Assembly (NCBI GenBank): GCA_964106645.2
Contig: OZ067045.1
Strand: one strand, 5' to 3'
DNA length: 64,000 bases
Source: Podarcis pityusensis
Taxonomy: Eukaryota
The notes under the pieces are model-generated. The model had not been told where the DNA came from. It searched no databases and saw only the letters and a program-made list of their open reading frames with translations. The stretch's first letter is position 1. Every line of letters begins with the position of its first letter. The position numbers and the translations under genes were made by a program. This document shows positions 47,686 through 60,694 of the stretch, piece by piece.

Positions 47686-50600
47686 GGGTTTAAATGTTAT
47701 CACAGCAGCATGGCATCCTGCTAGGGGAATCGTGGAGCCACACCACACAGACAGTGCACTAATAGTCTCCAAGGTAGTGTAGCCCAGCATAAATATTTTG
47801 GGACTCAGGCTGAGGAAACCCAAGTTCAAATCCATGCCCAGCCACAAAGCTCAGTTGGTGGTCCTATGCAAATCATATATTTCCTGTCTAACCGGTCTTA
47901 TGGGTGAAAGGAGTTGCTGCAATCCTGTAATTGGCTGCCCCATGTGCTGAGCCGCTGAAGTACAGGTGACAGGCTTCCTTCTGCTGACCCTTCCGAACAG
48001 ACTGTGACCACAAGGGCTCACCACTGGATCTTCCTGGGCAGGAAGCAGTATAGCCAAGCCTTGCTTGAGCAACAAAGCCTTGGTCTGCTCATGCATCCTT
48101 GATCGTGTTTTGGTCCTCCTAACTCCTAGCTTGCCTGTCAGTCCTGCCTCGCTCATTGGTCCTTACCACTGGCCGGGCTTGTGACTCACCTCAAACCAAC
48201 ACCCACAGCCTAGCCCTGAGCATGGGGCAGTTTGGGAAGATAAAATGAGAGAATTGTCACATTCTATTCAGTTCTTTAAAACTCTGGCCAAGGGGCCAAA
48301 TATGCCCTGTCAAGCCTCTCTACCTGGCCTACAGGACTGTCTCTGTATCACACCACTCCCCAGCAACACCCTCCGCCCCCAAGGCCATGTCCCTCACCAG
48401 CCCTGCTTTGTACCCCTTTTTAAGTGTTTTTGCCTAGCTGGAATGTGCCTTTGAACTTTGGTAATGCCTCTTTGTTTGCCTAGATGCAAGACAAAGAGGG
48501 GGGGGGGTGTCAACATTTGCCATAACATTCACTGCTCTGTCCTTGTTTGCCACTGGCCCCAGAAGGTTACCCAGAAGCAAATGCGGACCCAGGTCCCTCC
48601 CCAACCCCAGAGGAAACACCTGCAATGTCCTATTTCCACTCCTGATCAGCTACAGTGGCATCTTGCCTTGGAAACAAGAGACCAGGGAGATGGCTGGATA
48701 TACAGGCCTCTCTCTCCCTGCTCCACACAGCCAAAGGAAGGCAGCTTCGCCATTTGTATTCTGTGGATCAGCTTCCCCCCTCCGCCCCTCTCTCTCTCCA
48801 GACACGGGCATGCTTATCACATAGAAAAGCCCGTCTTTGTCAGCTGCTGCCTCAGAGACGGCTCTGTGGGGCTTTTGCTCTTCTCAGTCAAACGTCTTTC
48901 CTCAGAAAGCCTCCCCTCCCCACCCCCCTCAAAAGTCTGCCACAGGCCTGAAGGAAAACCAGAGGTCACATGACCATAACACTTACACTGGGGAGACCCC
49001 AAATTTCAGGCGCCTACACTGTGAAACAGCTACTCAAGTGATTCAGAAGCAAGTTGGAATGGTTGGACCTGCACTCCCCACTAAAACTAGAGATACCAGG
49101 TAACACCAGATTCTGTAACCTGCTTTAGAAGACTAGATGAATCCTTGGGCATGCAAAGTGCACAAGTATAGGGTGGGCAACAAAAAAAAAATAAAGTCCA
49201 AAGGAACCTTCTGTATTACAGCATCATCATTCCACCGTATATTCAGGATCTTAACCAGGGTTAAGCATTATGTCTTCTGCACCTGGCCTTTCTTGCTATA
49301 GCAATAGCCTTTCCCAATTTCCACTGTATACGAATACTACAGTATCCAACTGACTTACTTCAGAAGGCTTATCTGGCTTCAGGGAGCCTCATTCTCCCAG
49401 AGAACAAGCCTCCGGAATGTATTCTTTTTTAAAAAATAATAATTTTGACAGGTAGCTGTATTTTGGTTCATGTATTGTTTTGGGAAACGTGAATTAGGTA
49501 GATTTGCTTTAAAATCCTAACAAAACTGATTTTTCTCCCCTGTTCCTATTCTGGACTATAGTTCCCATCAGCCCCAGCCGGGCAGTACTAGGTTGGCCAA
49601 GGCCTATGAAGCCTCATTTCACCAAAGACAATGGTGAAGCATTTGTGACTGAATTAAGTGACACTCAGCTGATCACCCTCCTAGGCATCACTGTTGAGCT
49701 AAAATAAAATCAGACAGACATAAAATGTTGCTGAGCCCTGGGATATTTCCACAATGTTTTGGAATAACAGCAACCTCAGCCAGATAGCAGATATAATATA
49801 CAGAGGCAGCGTCTGGTTAACCTGGCTTGACATTCACCGTCAGCTCCCTTCGCCAACCCTCCTCCATCCCCCCAGCCTTTTCATGCCAATTCAGATTGGA
49901 GTATCATGATAATTTAATGGCTGCCCTCGCGCCTCTCTAACAAGCTTCAAAGACATCTTCCAGAGTGGTGCTGCTTACTGAGGGGCGGGGCACCTCCTCA
50001 GCGGAAGAATCTGCCCTTGGAATTATTCAAGGAAGGAAGACTTAAAGGAATTGATGGTGAGAATAGAACCGAGAATACACATTTGGCAGTTTGCAAATGC
50101 TAGGTTAATAAAATAAAATAAAACCTTGAGTGAGGGAAGATTATAAAGGTATTTAGTAAGAGAATCATGCTCCCCCCCCCCAGGAAGGCAAAAAAGCTGC
50201 CACTCCCAGGGAATCAACAGAATGTCCCCATCTCAGCACAGCAAAATATGATCCAAACATACCTTAAAACTGAAAACTAGGACTTCAGACCTCCAGATGG
50301 GAGGAGGGAGCCTACAATGGAAGGGTTAACTAGATCTATCGTCTAGCTTTCTCTACAAACTACCCCCCCACCCCCCATTATCTGCTGTGAGGTTTTTCCA
50401 CAAGACAGGGGTGAAACTAGCTTTTATTTCACCAGGACCAAAGACCCATTTTGGCACTCCCCTACACACATTTGCACCCATTTTCAGCTTTGTATTCTTG
50501 TTATAAAAAAGTGAGCCTAGACATTCCGTGGTTGCGCCCATAACCTAGGTTTAAGGTGCCATTTAGCTCCTAGCTTTCATATCTCAGTTTCTAACACTGC

Positions 50601-52944
50601 CCACACATGCATATGTATACACACACACAGAAAGAGGCAGGGAGCCTCAATGGCGTCCCTCTGGAGGCTTTACCTGAGGCAAAAAACCTGGCTCCCCTCC
50701 CCCCACCTCCCAGTAGCTACGGCCCTGCACAAGACTGGAATGGAAGCCAATACTGAGGAGTGTGGAGAAAAATGATTAAAAATGTGTTTCAATTACAGTA
50801 CCTTAAAATATATATATAACCTGACTTAATCCACACACACTATTAAAACTGAGTCACATCCATCTAGCAATAACTTTGGTTAACGAATCCTATTCTATGT
50901 GGGAGAGAACTCTTGAGGACAATGCTGCTCCCAGGCTTTGGAACTGCCTCCTTGTCATTCTGCTGACTGGAGAATACTTTTTGTTCTGGCAGGCTTTGAG
51001 AAACTGGATGTTTTTAAGGAAAGGGCTCCATAATAGCATGCTGCACTTTCTTTTTTCCTATCAGCACAGGTTGCGGTTTTTTAAAACATTTTTAAAATTC
51101 CAACAATAGTTTATATACTTTTAAACTATAACTTTTTATATGTTCTGAGTTAAGTGTGTTTTATTTGTGTTTATTTTAATTTTTGTGAGCAGCCTTGAGT
51201 TCCAGCTCTGGCAAAAAGGTGGGATGTTGTTGTTGTTGTTTCTATACCGCCCTTCATCCGAGGATTACAGGGCGGTTTACAATACAAAAACGCAAAACAT
51301 AGTAACAATAAAAAACAACACCCACACAGTTTAAAAGGCTATTTGTTCCTTAATTAGCAAAGGCCTCGGAGAAGAGGAATGTTTTTGCCTGGTGCTTAAA
51401 GATATGTAACAACAGCAGAGCATTCTACTGCCAAAAAAAGCCCCTGTTCTTGTGTTGGCACCCTCCAGACCTCTTGTGAAGGAGGCACATGAAGATGAGC
51501 CTCAGCTGATTATCACAGGGTCTGGGTAATCATCATCATCATCCTCAGATTGGAGAACAGCATTTAGACCCTAATGTTAAACTCTGTAAATGGCACACAG
51601 CACAATCCGATACATGCCTACACAGATGTAAGTTCTACTGAGTTGAATGAAGCTGAGTTTTAGGCACATGGTTGTAGGTTTACAGCCACAAAAACGTACC
51701 ATATTGTATTATTATCATCAAATCCTATCTGGACCCAGGAATCTGCCAATTCCTCAAAAATACTAGGATATCTCCTGGATTTCCCCACAATCATCTACTG
51801 ACCGCATGTGGCAGGTAGTCCTGTGTGACGCCTTCCCACTATCTGAACTCTAAAATGATTATTACTATTTTGGACCTTAACATTCAGACAGCATCAGGAA
51901 GAAAAAAACTGTTTTATCCAATAGCCTACTAACCCTTGTTGTACAGAGGTTTTGAGCATTTTGTATTCAGGGGCATGAACTTGCTTAGTATTCTTGCATG
52001 TGTTTTCAACTGATCTCTTAATTATTGCTAAAACACTTTTCTGACTTTTTTTAAAAATGCAGGATACAGCACTGTACCACCAAATACTGCAGCATGCAGC
52101 GATATTGCAATATGGCATAGTATTAAACATGTTTTAGTGATAATTAAAATAATCATTTATAGTGTGGACAGCATATAGCAGGATGTATATAGTAAAATAA
52201 GTGCAAGATCTTCCAACAGCGTAGAAAAGTCCATTGCAATTGCTCTTGTAGCTCCACATGTAACAGCAACGGTTGGGTAGCATTAGGAGGCACCCACCTG
52301 GAAGCAGAGGAGCTGAGATGGGCAACCGTGAAGTGGTTTCTACATTAACAGCTTCTAAATTATCAGCTGCAAACTATCTGAAGGTGTATGTGGCTCCCTC
52401 TCTGTTCAATTGGTTTTACAGGATCTGCAATGCTGCAATTATGTTGAAACTAAAATGCCCAAGCATGTAAAGGCAGGTCAACCACAGAACAAATTGATAC
52501 AAAGATGGCTACTGCTTTGAAACTTTGTGCAATGAAAAGTGTTAGAACAACACAGGCTGTGACCATTTTAGGCGTGTCTGGTATGTGCACAACTGTGCAC
52601 ATGTGCATTGTGCCAAATGCAGGAGTGACGCAAAAATGTCGCAAAAAGGGGTGGAATAGGGCAAAGCGGGGGCCGAACTGGGAGGGCTTGCTTGGGCCCT
52701 GCTGGCACACATGGGGGTCCAGAATGTAACCCCAGTGCAAATCAGTTGTTGCCCAAGTACTGTGTTATTTGATCTGAATAAATTTAGACTATGGCAGGGG
52801 TAGCTAACATGGTATCCTCCAAATGTTATTGTGATCAAGCGGTATGTAATATTTGAGCTTCCCGCACTGCAGGGGATTTGTCTAAATGACCCTCAGGGTC
52901 CTTTCCAACTCTACAATTATGTGATTCGATGGTATATAAATGCT

Positions 52945-52976
<32 letters not shown>

Positions 52977-54173
52977 GTTACTGGAATACAACTCCCACAA
53001 TGCCTGACCACTGGTAATGCTGGCAAGGGCTGATGGGAGCTGTAGTCCAACATCTTGCACACATGCACACATCACCTTCCTCAAATGATCCATGCAGATC
53101 AGCTTAGGAGGGAGGCTTCTTGCCACCTTCCCACTCATAAAATGATCAATCTGATGGCCAGTTTGCATCCCCATCAAGATGCTGCGTCAAAAGATGTGTC
53201 CCTGCTCACTCCAGGGCTGCATCTACTTTGATTTTTCTTTCTTTTTGCCACATCCCAAACAGGTGGGGTATTGGGGGACCATAAACATTTGCACACATAG
53301 GGGTGTGTGCTGTGTGTGTCCCAGGGGTTAGTGACACCCAGCTCCCTGCTGGTAGCCAAGTCTGCATGGGCTACCCTGGGGCACTATGTTGGCTGGGCCT
53401 TTAGCCTTGCACAACTCCTTCCCTTGCAAAAGAAACTGCTTGCTGACAGTAAAATCCTGACTGCTTTGTAAAGCTGTAGAACCAACAGGTTCTTGGCCAT
53501 CTCCAGTAAACAGCTGTTCTCCATCTACTTTATGGCTGCTTTTGCAAGCACTTGGAAACTGCTATTTTGTTCCCCACTTAAACTTCTCTCTGCTAAAATA
53601 AATGTTTCTTCACATGTGAGAGGTAATTTTTACTTGGATGAAGTGCTCCATTTAAGAAGCTTTTGTTAGTGAGTTATATATGAGGGGCATATGATTGTAC
53701 ATTGTATTGTGTTGGGGCCTGCCCTGTGACCTTTGGGTGAAAGGATATAAATGTTAAATACATCCAGTTCCTTGTGCTTCTTCTCCCTTGCCAAAAGTGC
53801 TCCACAACCCTTCTGTCGTCTGTACTGCTCTTCCGAGAATGCCTTCCAGCTCACTTGCAAGGAGAGGAATGAACAGACGAGAACACCCCACCAACCTACA
53901 CATCATGCTGAGCTCCTGAAAAAAAAGTCCAGTCCCATCCCATGCTGAAGTCTCATCACAGGAGCAGTGATGGGAGAGGTACAAAAAAACCCCACACCAT
54001 GTTATGCACCAAAATGTTGCTGGGCAATATTTGAAAAATTGCTCACCTCTGAATTGATTCCTAATAGCAAAATGCAAATCAATGACATGCAAAGTAACAG
54101 AGATAAGTGTGATTTGAGCATGTACAGAGTGCCCACCCCTCACCACAGAATAAATACAACCCATCCTGTAAAC

Positions 54174-54376
54174 CAGGCATGCCCAAGCTCTGTTTCAGGG
54201 GCCTAATTTGGCCCCCGTGGCAGTTTATTTCCTGGGGTAAAATCCTAAAAAACAACAACACCTCAACAACTTCAATCCTAAAAAAGGTCAACAACTTTGG
54301 TTGGCCCTTCAGTTGGCCCTCATGGCCCTTCACTTCATCAAATCTGGCCCTCTTTGAAAAAGTTTGGACACCACTG
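54174..54376. mobile_element. Non-autonomous hAT element
   Basis: caggcatgcccaag ... tttggacaccactg; TSD CTGTAAAC/CTGTAAAT (7/8). Confidence 0.8.
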
Positions 54377-56003
54377 CTGTAAATGATCAAGAATTATAGT
54401 GAAAAGGTTTCCCAATTCCATGCAGGGTGGAGAGGGATGAGAGTTCAATGGGGCTTGATATCTAGTGCCTCTCATTTTAGAGAACTCCTGAGCATATAGG
54501 TAAATTCTGGTGACCAAATAGGCTTGAGAACTGCCAGCTCCATCTGTCCCCCATCACACTGCATTAGTCAACAGCCTCCGTCCTACAATAATTGCTTTTA
54601 ACATTAAAATTCCATAGAGACATCTAATAAGAGATATATGACCTGGTTTCTTCTTCTATAATGACATCGTCGTCAAAAAGTCCATGCCAAAATGCTTGGG
54701 CATTTTATGCCAGATCTTGATGCAGTTTTAGGGCTTGCCTGCCCCCTAACCCATCTCCCCCCACGCCCTGACACAATGCCTTGAAATCAACATCCCTTCC
54801 CTCTCCCTAGGGGCACACCATTATAAATTAGCAGCTACTGTGCAGAGTTTTGACAGCTAAAATACATGTTAACAAATGAAACAGGGGGGTGTTTCCTGGT
54901 GGAAGCCCATGTACATGTGCACACACCCACACCTAAAAGAGGAAACCCAGACCAGGGATGACATTGGAACAATGTAAGTAGTCTTTCTGGCTACATAAAA
55001 AGCAATTACTGCTTGAAGCACAACCAAAAATCCTTGACCTTTGCTTACATCACAGAAGGGCTCCAACGCCAAACCAGGCAAGTTCAGTTCCCGCCCGGTC
55101 TTACCATTTTTAGTTTGTTTACAAAACAGAAATGCACCAAAAGGGTCTATCCGCAAAACAGCAACTCTTGCCTGATTTAAAGAAGTTCACCTGCTCATAC
55201 TGGACTTAGCCCCATAATGTGTGAGGTAGTAGCAGAGACAGGAGCACTTCTGAGTACATGCAGAGTTCATTTCCCTCCTTGCCAAGTTAAATTATGTTGC
55301 ATATGGGCTGAGGAAAGAGGACGCAAAGTGTGTTCTTCAAATAGGCTTGAGACTCAGTATCATTCTAGAAACCCACAAAGCACTAGGGAGAGATAACAAA
55401 CAGGCACCCAAGTAGAGGAGCCAGAGGCAGTGCTGGGAATATTCTTTTATACATTACAATAAAGGTACAAATCTACAAGCCCCGGGAGAGGCAGGCGGAT
55501 TACTCTGAGCCAGAGTCTTTTTCCCCACACCAGGTCTGAACTCTTGGACTAAATAGAAGAGACAAAAGAGCACCCCTGCACATGTATGGAGTGCATTTTC
55601 CTTAACACTTACTGGTTTCGCTCAACACATCACCTACAACCAATCCCAGGCAGCTGGGAATTGGAACAGCTTTGCAACCTAGTCCACGACTTCCTTTATT
55701 AACCTATGTTTTTAAAATTCTGATGGCCAGAGCAGTGGATGGGATGGTGGGATCTCTTCCAATATACAAAGGCTGCCCGGTCTGCTCACTTGGAAGCAAT
55801 TTTTACAAACCCCAGGCAAAGCAGCCTGTTTACAAGACTTGAAGTTGGGGGTGGGGCTCCCAAGACCAGGGGGTGGGGCTTCCAGGACAACTCAAGTCCC
55901 AGGACTTTTCCCATCAGGAAGTACCACCATGTAAGACTGCTGTTCCTGGCACGCATAACCCTCCCAGATCCCAAAGAGGAAGAGAAAATAAACCCACACT
56001 GAC

Positions 56004-57125
56004 CCCTCTTTCAGCTGGGCCAATCTTCTCATTTGCAGTCATCTGCCATTTAGGGCCTTCTCCTCCCACAGAGGAAGTGGGGCAACCTCCACAGAGCAAC
56101 AGAGAGGTCCTCTCAGTCCCTGGCATCTTGACTTGCTGGTGGTGGGTTGAGTCGCTCCCATATCCTGAGGAGCGCAGGAAGGTGCTGGAGGTTGACCCAC
56201 TGAAGGAAGACTTGCTTTGGGAGGGAGGCAATTTCACCCAGCTATTGTCCCCTCCCTTGCCAACAGGTGGTTCTTGCAAAAATGGTGTCCGCTGAGGCTT
56301 CTCTGTGCCATCAGTCTCCACCAGATCCACCAAAGGCGATGGGGTGGACAGCTCCGAGATTGTGCCCTTCTCCACAGTCCAAGAAGTAGCCCATGTGGCA
56401 CTTGATAAACTTTCATTCCCTTCCTCACTGTTCCAGGTCCCATGAGCCTCTTCCACCACAGTTGCTGGAGTTTCCAACTTTGGTTGCTCCCAAGACCTGC
56501 ACACCACCACAGTGCCCGTGTCACTCTCTGTCGGTCCTTTACCTAAAGCCTCCCTTTGCAAAGGCACCAGAATGGCTCGGCTGTTGCCAGATCCCAGCCT
56601 CTGAAAGGCAACCAGCTGACTCGCCACCTTCTCACGGTTTTGCTCTGCTGGGTTGTCGAACAGGCGGGCAATGACGGTGGTACCCTCCTCCAAAAAGTCC
56701 CCTGGGCTCCCGCAGACAGAGGAGGCATTTTCTGTCACTAGGTCAGCTTTCTCAAGCTTCCCTTGGAACCTCTCCCTCACCTGCACAACATGCCCTTGCT
56801 CCAGCCCCTCCGGCTCCAAAGTGGGGCAAGCCTCCCCATATGGGGCAAGGCTTCGATGTAAGCCCTCGGCAAGGTCTTCTCCGTCCTCCTCCCGCAGGGA
56901 AGAGGCTCTGAACTTCACTGCCGCTGCCTCCTCTTCCTTCTCTTCAGCAATCTCAGTCCCTGCAGAAGGTCCCTCTGCCACCAGATCAGCGCTTTCTGGC
57001 ACCGTCCTCTTTTTCCCCTTCTTCTTCCGTTTGAAGCGGGCTTTCCTTCTGGGGGAGAGGGGAGCATTCCCTGCCTCCCCAGCTTGATCTTTCGGCTCTT
57101 TAACACAACCCAGAGTATTCCCCAT
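56004..57125 (-). CDS. MACF1: MACF1 alternative first coding exon (a3-type unique N-terminus, MGNTLGCVKEPK...GPAERG)
   Basis: ATG at 57125 in gagATGg context; 374 open codons; resembles the MGNSLGCVKEPK N-terminus of mammalian isoform 3 (recall). Best phase-0 donor GGG|gtcagt at 56004/56003 joins the ISDIY exon. The 3' boundary is inferred. Confidence 0.85.
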
Positions 57126-57404
57126 CTCTCTGGTGCGCAAGACACCAGTGACAATGCAGCTAAGCTGGCACCAGGCTCCTGGATAAATCCTGACCGCCGC
57201 TTCATCAGATTAGATGCACATTAAAAAAAAAAAAAACAGCACTACTGCAGGCACACTCATACATACACGCACACAGACCAAGATTCTCCCTTTCTAGCTG
57301 CTGCCGTTTTCAGACAGCCATCTTACAAGGCTGGGAGCTGGAGGAAGACACATTCGAAGCATCTCACTGCAGTTCAGAAATCACTTGACCTAAAAGCAGA
57401 CGGA

Positions 57405-57420
57405 GCCCCGATTGGCTGCA
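57405..57420 (-). promoter_or_regulatory. Candidate NF-Y CCAAT box upstream of the a3 exon
   Basis: Minus strand GCAGCCAATCGG about 290 nt upstream of ATG 57125; motif only. Confidence 0.3.
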
Positions 57421-60400
57421 GCTTCCTCTCTCCAAATATGAGGTAATGGGAGTGCTACCCTCCGTAAGGCAAACAGAAAGCGGAGAGCCAGACAGAGGCT
57501 GGGAGGTGGCAGCAGGAGGGAGCGAGCAGGAGGGGGGGGAGAGAAGCTGGTGAGGGGTGTGGCACGAAGACAGATAGATGGAAATCAGGGAGCAAAGTTT
57601 TTTTTAAAAACAGAAAGCAGAAAAAAGCAAAACAGCAGCAACAACAAAGATATTGAGCTGAGAGAAGGTAGCATTTAAAGAAGGGGGCCAGAGAGACATG
57701 AAAAGAAAAATCCCAGGAGGAGACAAACACACTGTGCATACTAAGAGAATGCCCAGAGCTGCTGCTGCGTTCGATACAGAAAAGAGAAATCTGAGCCATA
57801 ACAACCAAGGGATTTGTGGAGATACACATTATGAAAGCTGGAAAGAGGTGTTTGGGGCGGGGGGAGGACTCTCCAGCTCAGTTACACCTATAATATTTGA
57901 TAGCCAGGCATTTGAAACTTGCATCTATCCCTGAAAATTGTCACGGTAAACATTATTTTACAATCTCTCTTGATCATGAATTTGAAGGTAAGGTTTTTGG
58001 GATGTCCAGAAGTCAAGGAGGGATGCTGACTGTTTAACAAGAAGGTGTCCCTGGATAATCAAAGCAGCATCCATTGCACCAGGTTTTGACAACCTGGTGC
58101 CCTCCATATATTCTGGACTACAATGCCCATCAGCCCCAGTCAGGACTGCCATTTCAGCTTCACCTACTGCCTAAATACATCCCATCCCCAAAATGCACAA
58201 CATCCCCTGCAGAACTATTCTTTATTCATCTGGCACATGCTAAACACCTTCCTACCTCCCTATTTCCCCCAGGCATTCTCTGATGACTGATGGTGGTTGA
58301 TGCATTTGCTTGATCACTGTGGATATTAGAAAGAGTATTATTGTATTTTACTATTGCTGCTGCTGTTAGTCTTCGTTAGTCTGCTACGACATTCTCAAAT
58401 ATTAAGCAGCGTATAAATGTTTTAAATAAATAAAATAAATACATCAAGATTAGGGGGGAATGCCTTCTGGGACAGAATGTAGAATTCCAGCACCTATCGC
58501 TTTAGAAATTTACCACTTGTGAGAGTTAAGTGGTAAATTAAATATGAGGAAGGAGGCCTCATATCAGTCTCTGCCCTAGTTTTGAAAGTCTACAGGTGTC
58601 CCCCCACTTGCGAAGTGGTTACAGCCAATCGATATCAAAAATACTGGATCCAAAAATATCCACAACTAGAATTAAAGCTCTGGGGCCATCTGGAGGTTGG
58701 AGGATGCACGGAAAAGTGGCAGCAGCGGCTGCGCAACAGAGCGCAACAGCTGTTAGGCAGGGAGGCTGAGCAGCCTACGCAAAGCCCCGCTGCGCCTCCA
58801 GTTTCTTTGGGGCTTCCTCAGCCCTCACTGATGTCCTCTCTGGGCTCTGGGGAGGGTCTGCTCACAAGCCTTGAGGAATCTCCAGTTCTCTCCCACCATT
58901 TCCGGGTTTAATTAAATCATTTATTTATTACCCAGCACCACACATATACACGGTTGCGAACTAGGGGATTGTGTATAAGTGGGGCGACACCTCTATGTCT
59001 GTCCAGGGTGCTTCCACACTAAGTGATGTGCAAAATTGCCATGTGTCAATCATTTATTTTTTATGGTGCATCCACACTATGCCACCATCCTGGTGATTGT
59101 CACCCTGCATTTTCTTTTTGGGTCTACTGTCATTTCTTAGTGTGCTACCAGGTAGGTGCTTAATTTATCAACAGGTCATTTGAGATATAGCAAATGGTCT
59201 GCAGACAACAGACCATTGACATCAAATTTCCAGTAAATCCAGGTTAAGTGGGATGGGGGGGCAGATATGGGCTGGCATTTGATTCAACAGCATTGTGCTG
59301 GGTATAACTGGCATGCATGAGGAACACCCATTCCACAAAAATCACCCATCTGGAAGCACCCTCAGATTACAGAAAATCCATAGTGAGTTTCCAGAACAGA
59401 AGCACAAACTTGACATAAGCAAAATACCCTGGTGATCCTCTTCTGTCTTTTTTAAAGGGTGGGATTTTGATGTGGGCAGTGACTTACAGGTGACATGAAT
59501 CTACCACAGCTCGGCACATTTACCTCCAGCACATTCAACTCCCACCAGCCACAGGAACTGCAGTCTAAAGCAGATGGAGGGCACCAGACTGAAGAAGGCT
59601 ACACTTAAAATAGCACCCACTGCAAAGTTTAATCACCCTGTTTATTTGTTTTATTGATTTTTTCATTGGCACTAACATGCTTTTCCTGCTATAAATATTT
59701 TAAAATATTGATGAAATTCCATGTAAATGAAAGTGTGTTGTGGTTGAGTAATACTATAATCATATACTGCTTTTTTTTTTTTAAAGGATGGGAAACTTTC
59801 TAGTCACAATTGTTAACCACATTAGCTAGAAAGACAATGACTGGAAAGGTGGTGTTTTTATCGTCTCCTTTTTTATAATTACCATTATAGTGTTCTGGTA
59901 CTCTTATTTAAGTGGTATTTCACTATTAAAAGAAAAGAAAAGAAAAAAGCCAGAAAAGTGTTAGCACTAATTTTAAAAAGAATGCTTCAAATAAATAAAT
60001 GGAGTGATAAAATGGTACCACCCACCCCACAAAGCTTTCAGTGCATTATGTGCCAAATTTCAGGTGGTCATTCAGGTAAATTGGATCCTCCCAGCCAGGG
60101 GAGCTCTTATGTGGTATGGACAGAGCAAAACCAGATAAATATGCCAAAAGCCATACCCCAAAATGAACAAGAGCTTCAAAAATGTGAAGAATCACTTATT
60201 ATGTGCATCTAGCTCACAGGTACACAGCAACGTGCATTAGCATTAGGAGCCCATATTTTAAATGTCACTTTCATTTTTGTGGGCACCAAATGGTAAATAT
60301 GAGGGGATGTTACATGGCAAATTCAATGTCTGGGGGCACAGATGGCTACTTATTTGATGTGGTGTGGTGTATTAATCACCTAATCCAAAAATAGTCTCCA

Positions 60401-60656
60401 GGTGACTTACAGAGAAAGGGGGCTGGGAGGGAAAAACAAATAAATAGCCTCAATAATCACAACAGTGAAACATCAGCAGAATATGGGTCACAACAGGGCA
60501 GTTAAGAAATATCTATAATACATACTATAATACCTATAATATGTATAATTACTTTTTAATGATTATCTTTTATATGTGTTTAGCTTTTTGTATTTTATCT
60601 ATTGTGCATTTTTATCTATAAGCCACGAAGCCACCTGGTCTGGGGTAAAAGGTAGG

Positions 60657-60659
<3 letters not shown>

Positions 60660-60694
<35 letters not shown>
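60660..60694. repeat. (AAT)n microsatellite at the end of an L2/SINE-like tail
   Basis: Seen directly. Confidence 0.9.

Larger units (their letters stand above)
1..57125 (-). other. MACF1: MACF1 gene, partial: alternative first exon, CH2, plakin/SH3, first spectrin repeats and start of plectin-repeat exon; 32 coding exons in window
   Basis: Spliced translation [26 protein letters not shown]...SWFRKPMTRAELVAISSSEDEGNLRFVYELL...[33 protein letters not shown] matches vertebrate MACF1 as I recall it, better than DST or PLEC. All junctions are GT-AG and phases chain without frameshift. Confidence 0.97.

Noticed and set aside
56653-57087. Plus-strand 144-aa ORF
   Set aside because: Antisense shadow of the a3 exon
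55914-57140. 408-aa ORF as a standalone intronless gene
   Set aside because: Better explained as a MACF1 first exon (ATG 57125, phase-0 donor at 56004); the last 30 codons are intron read-through
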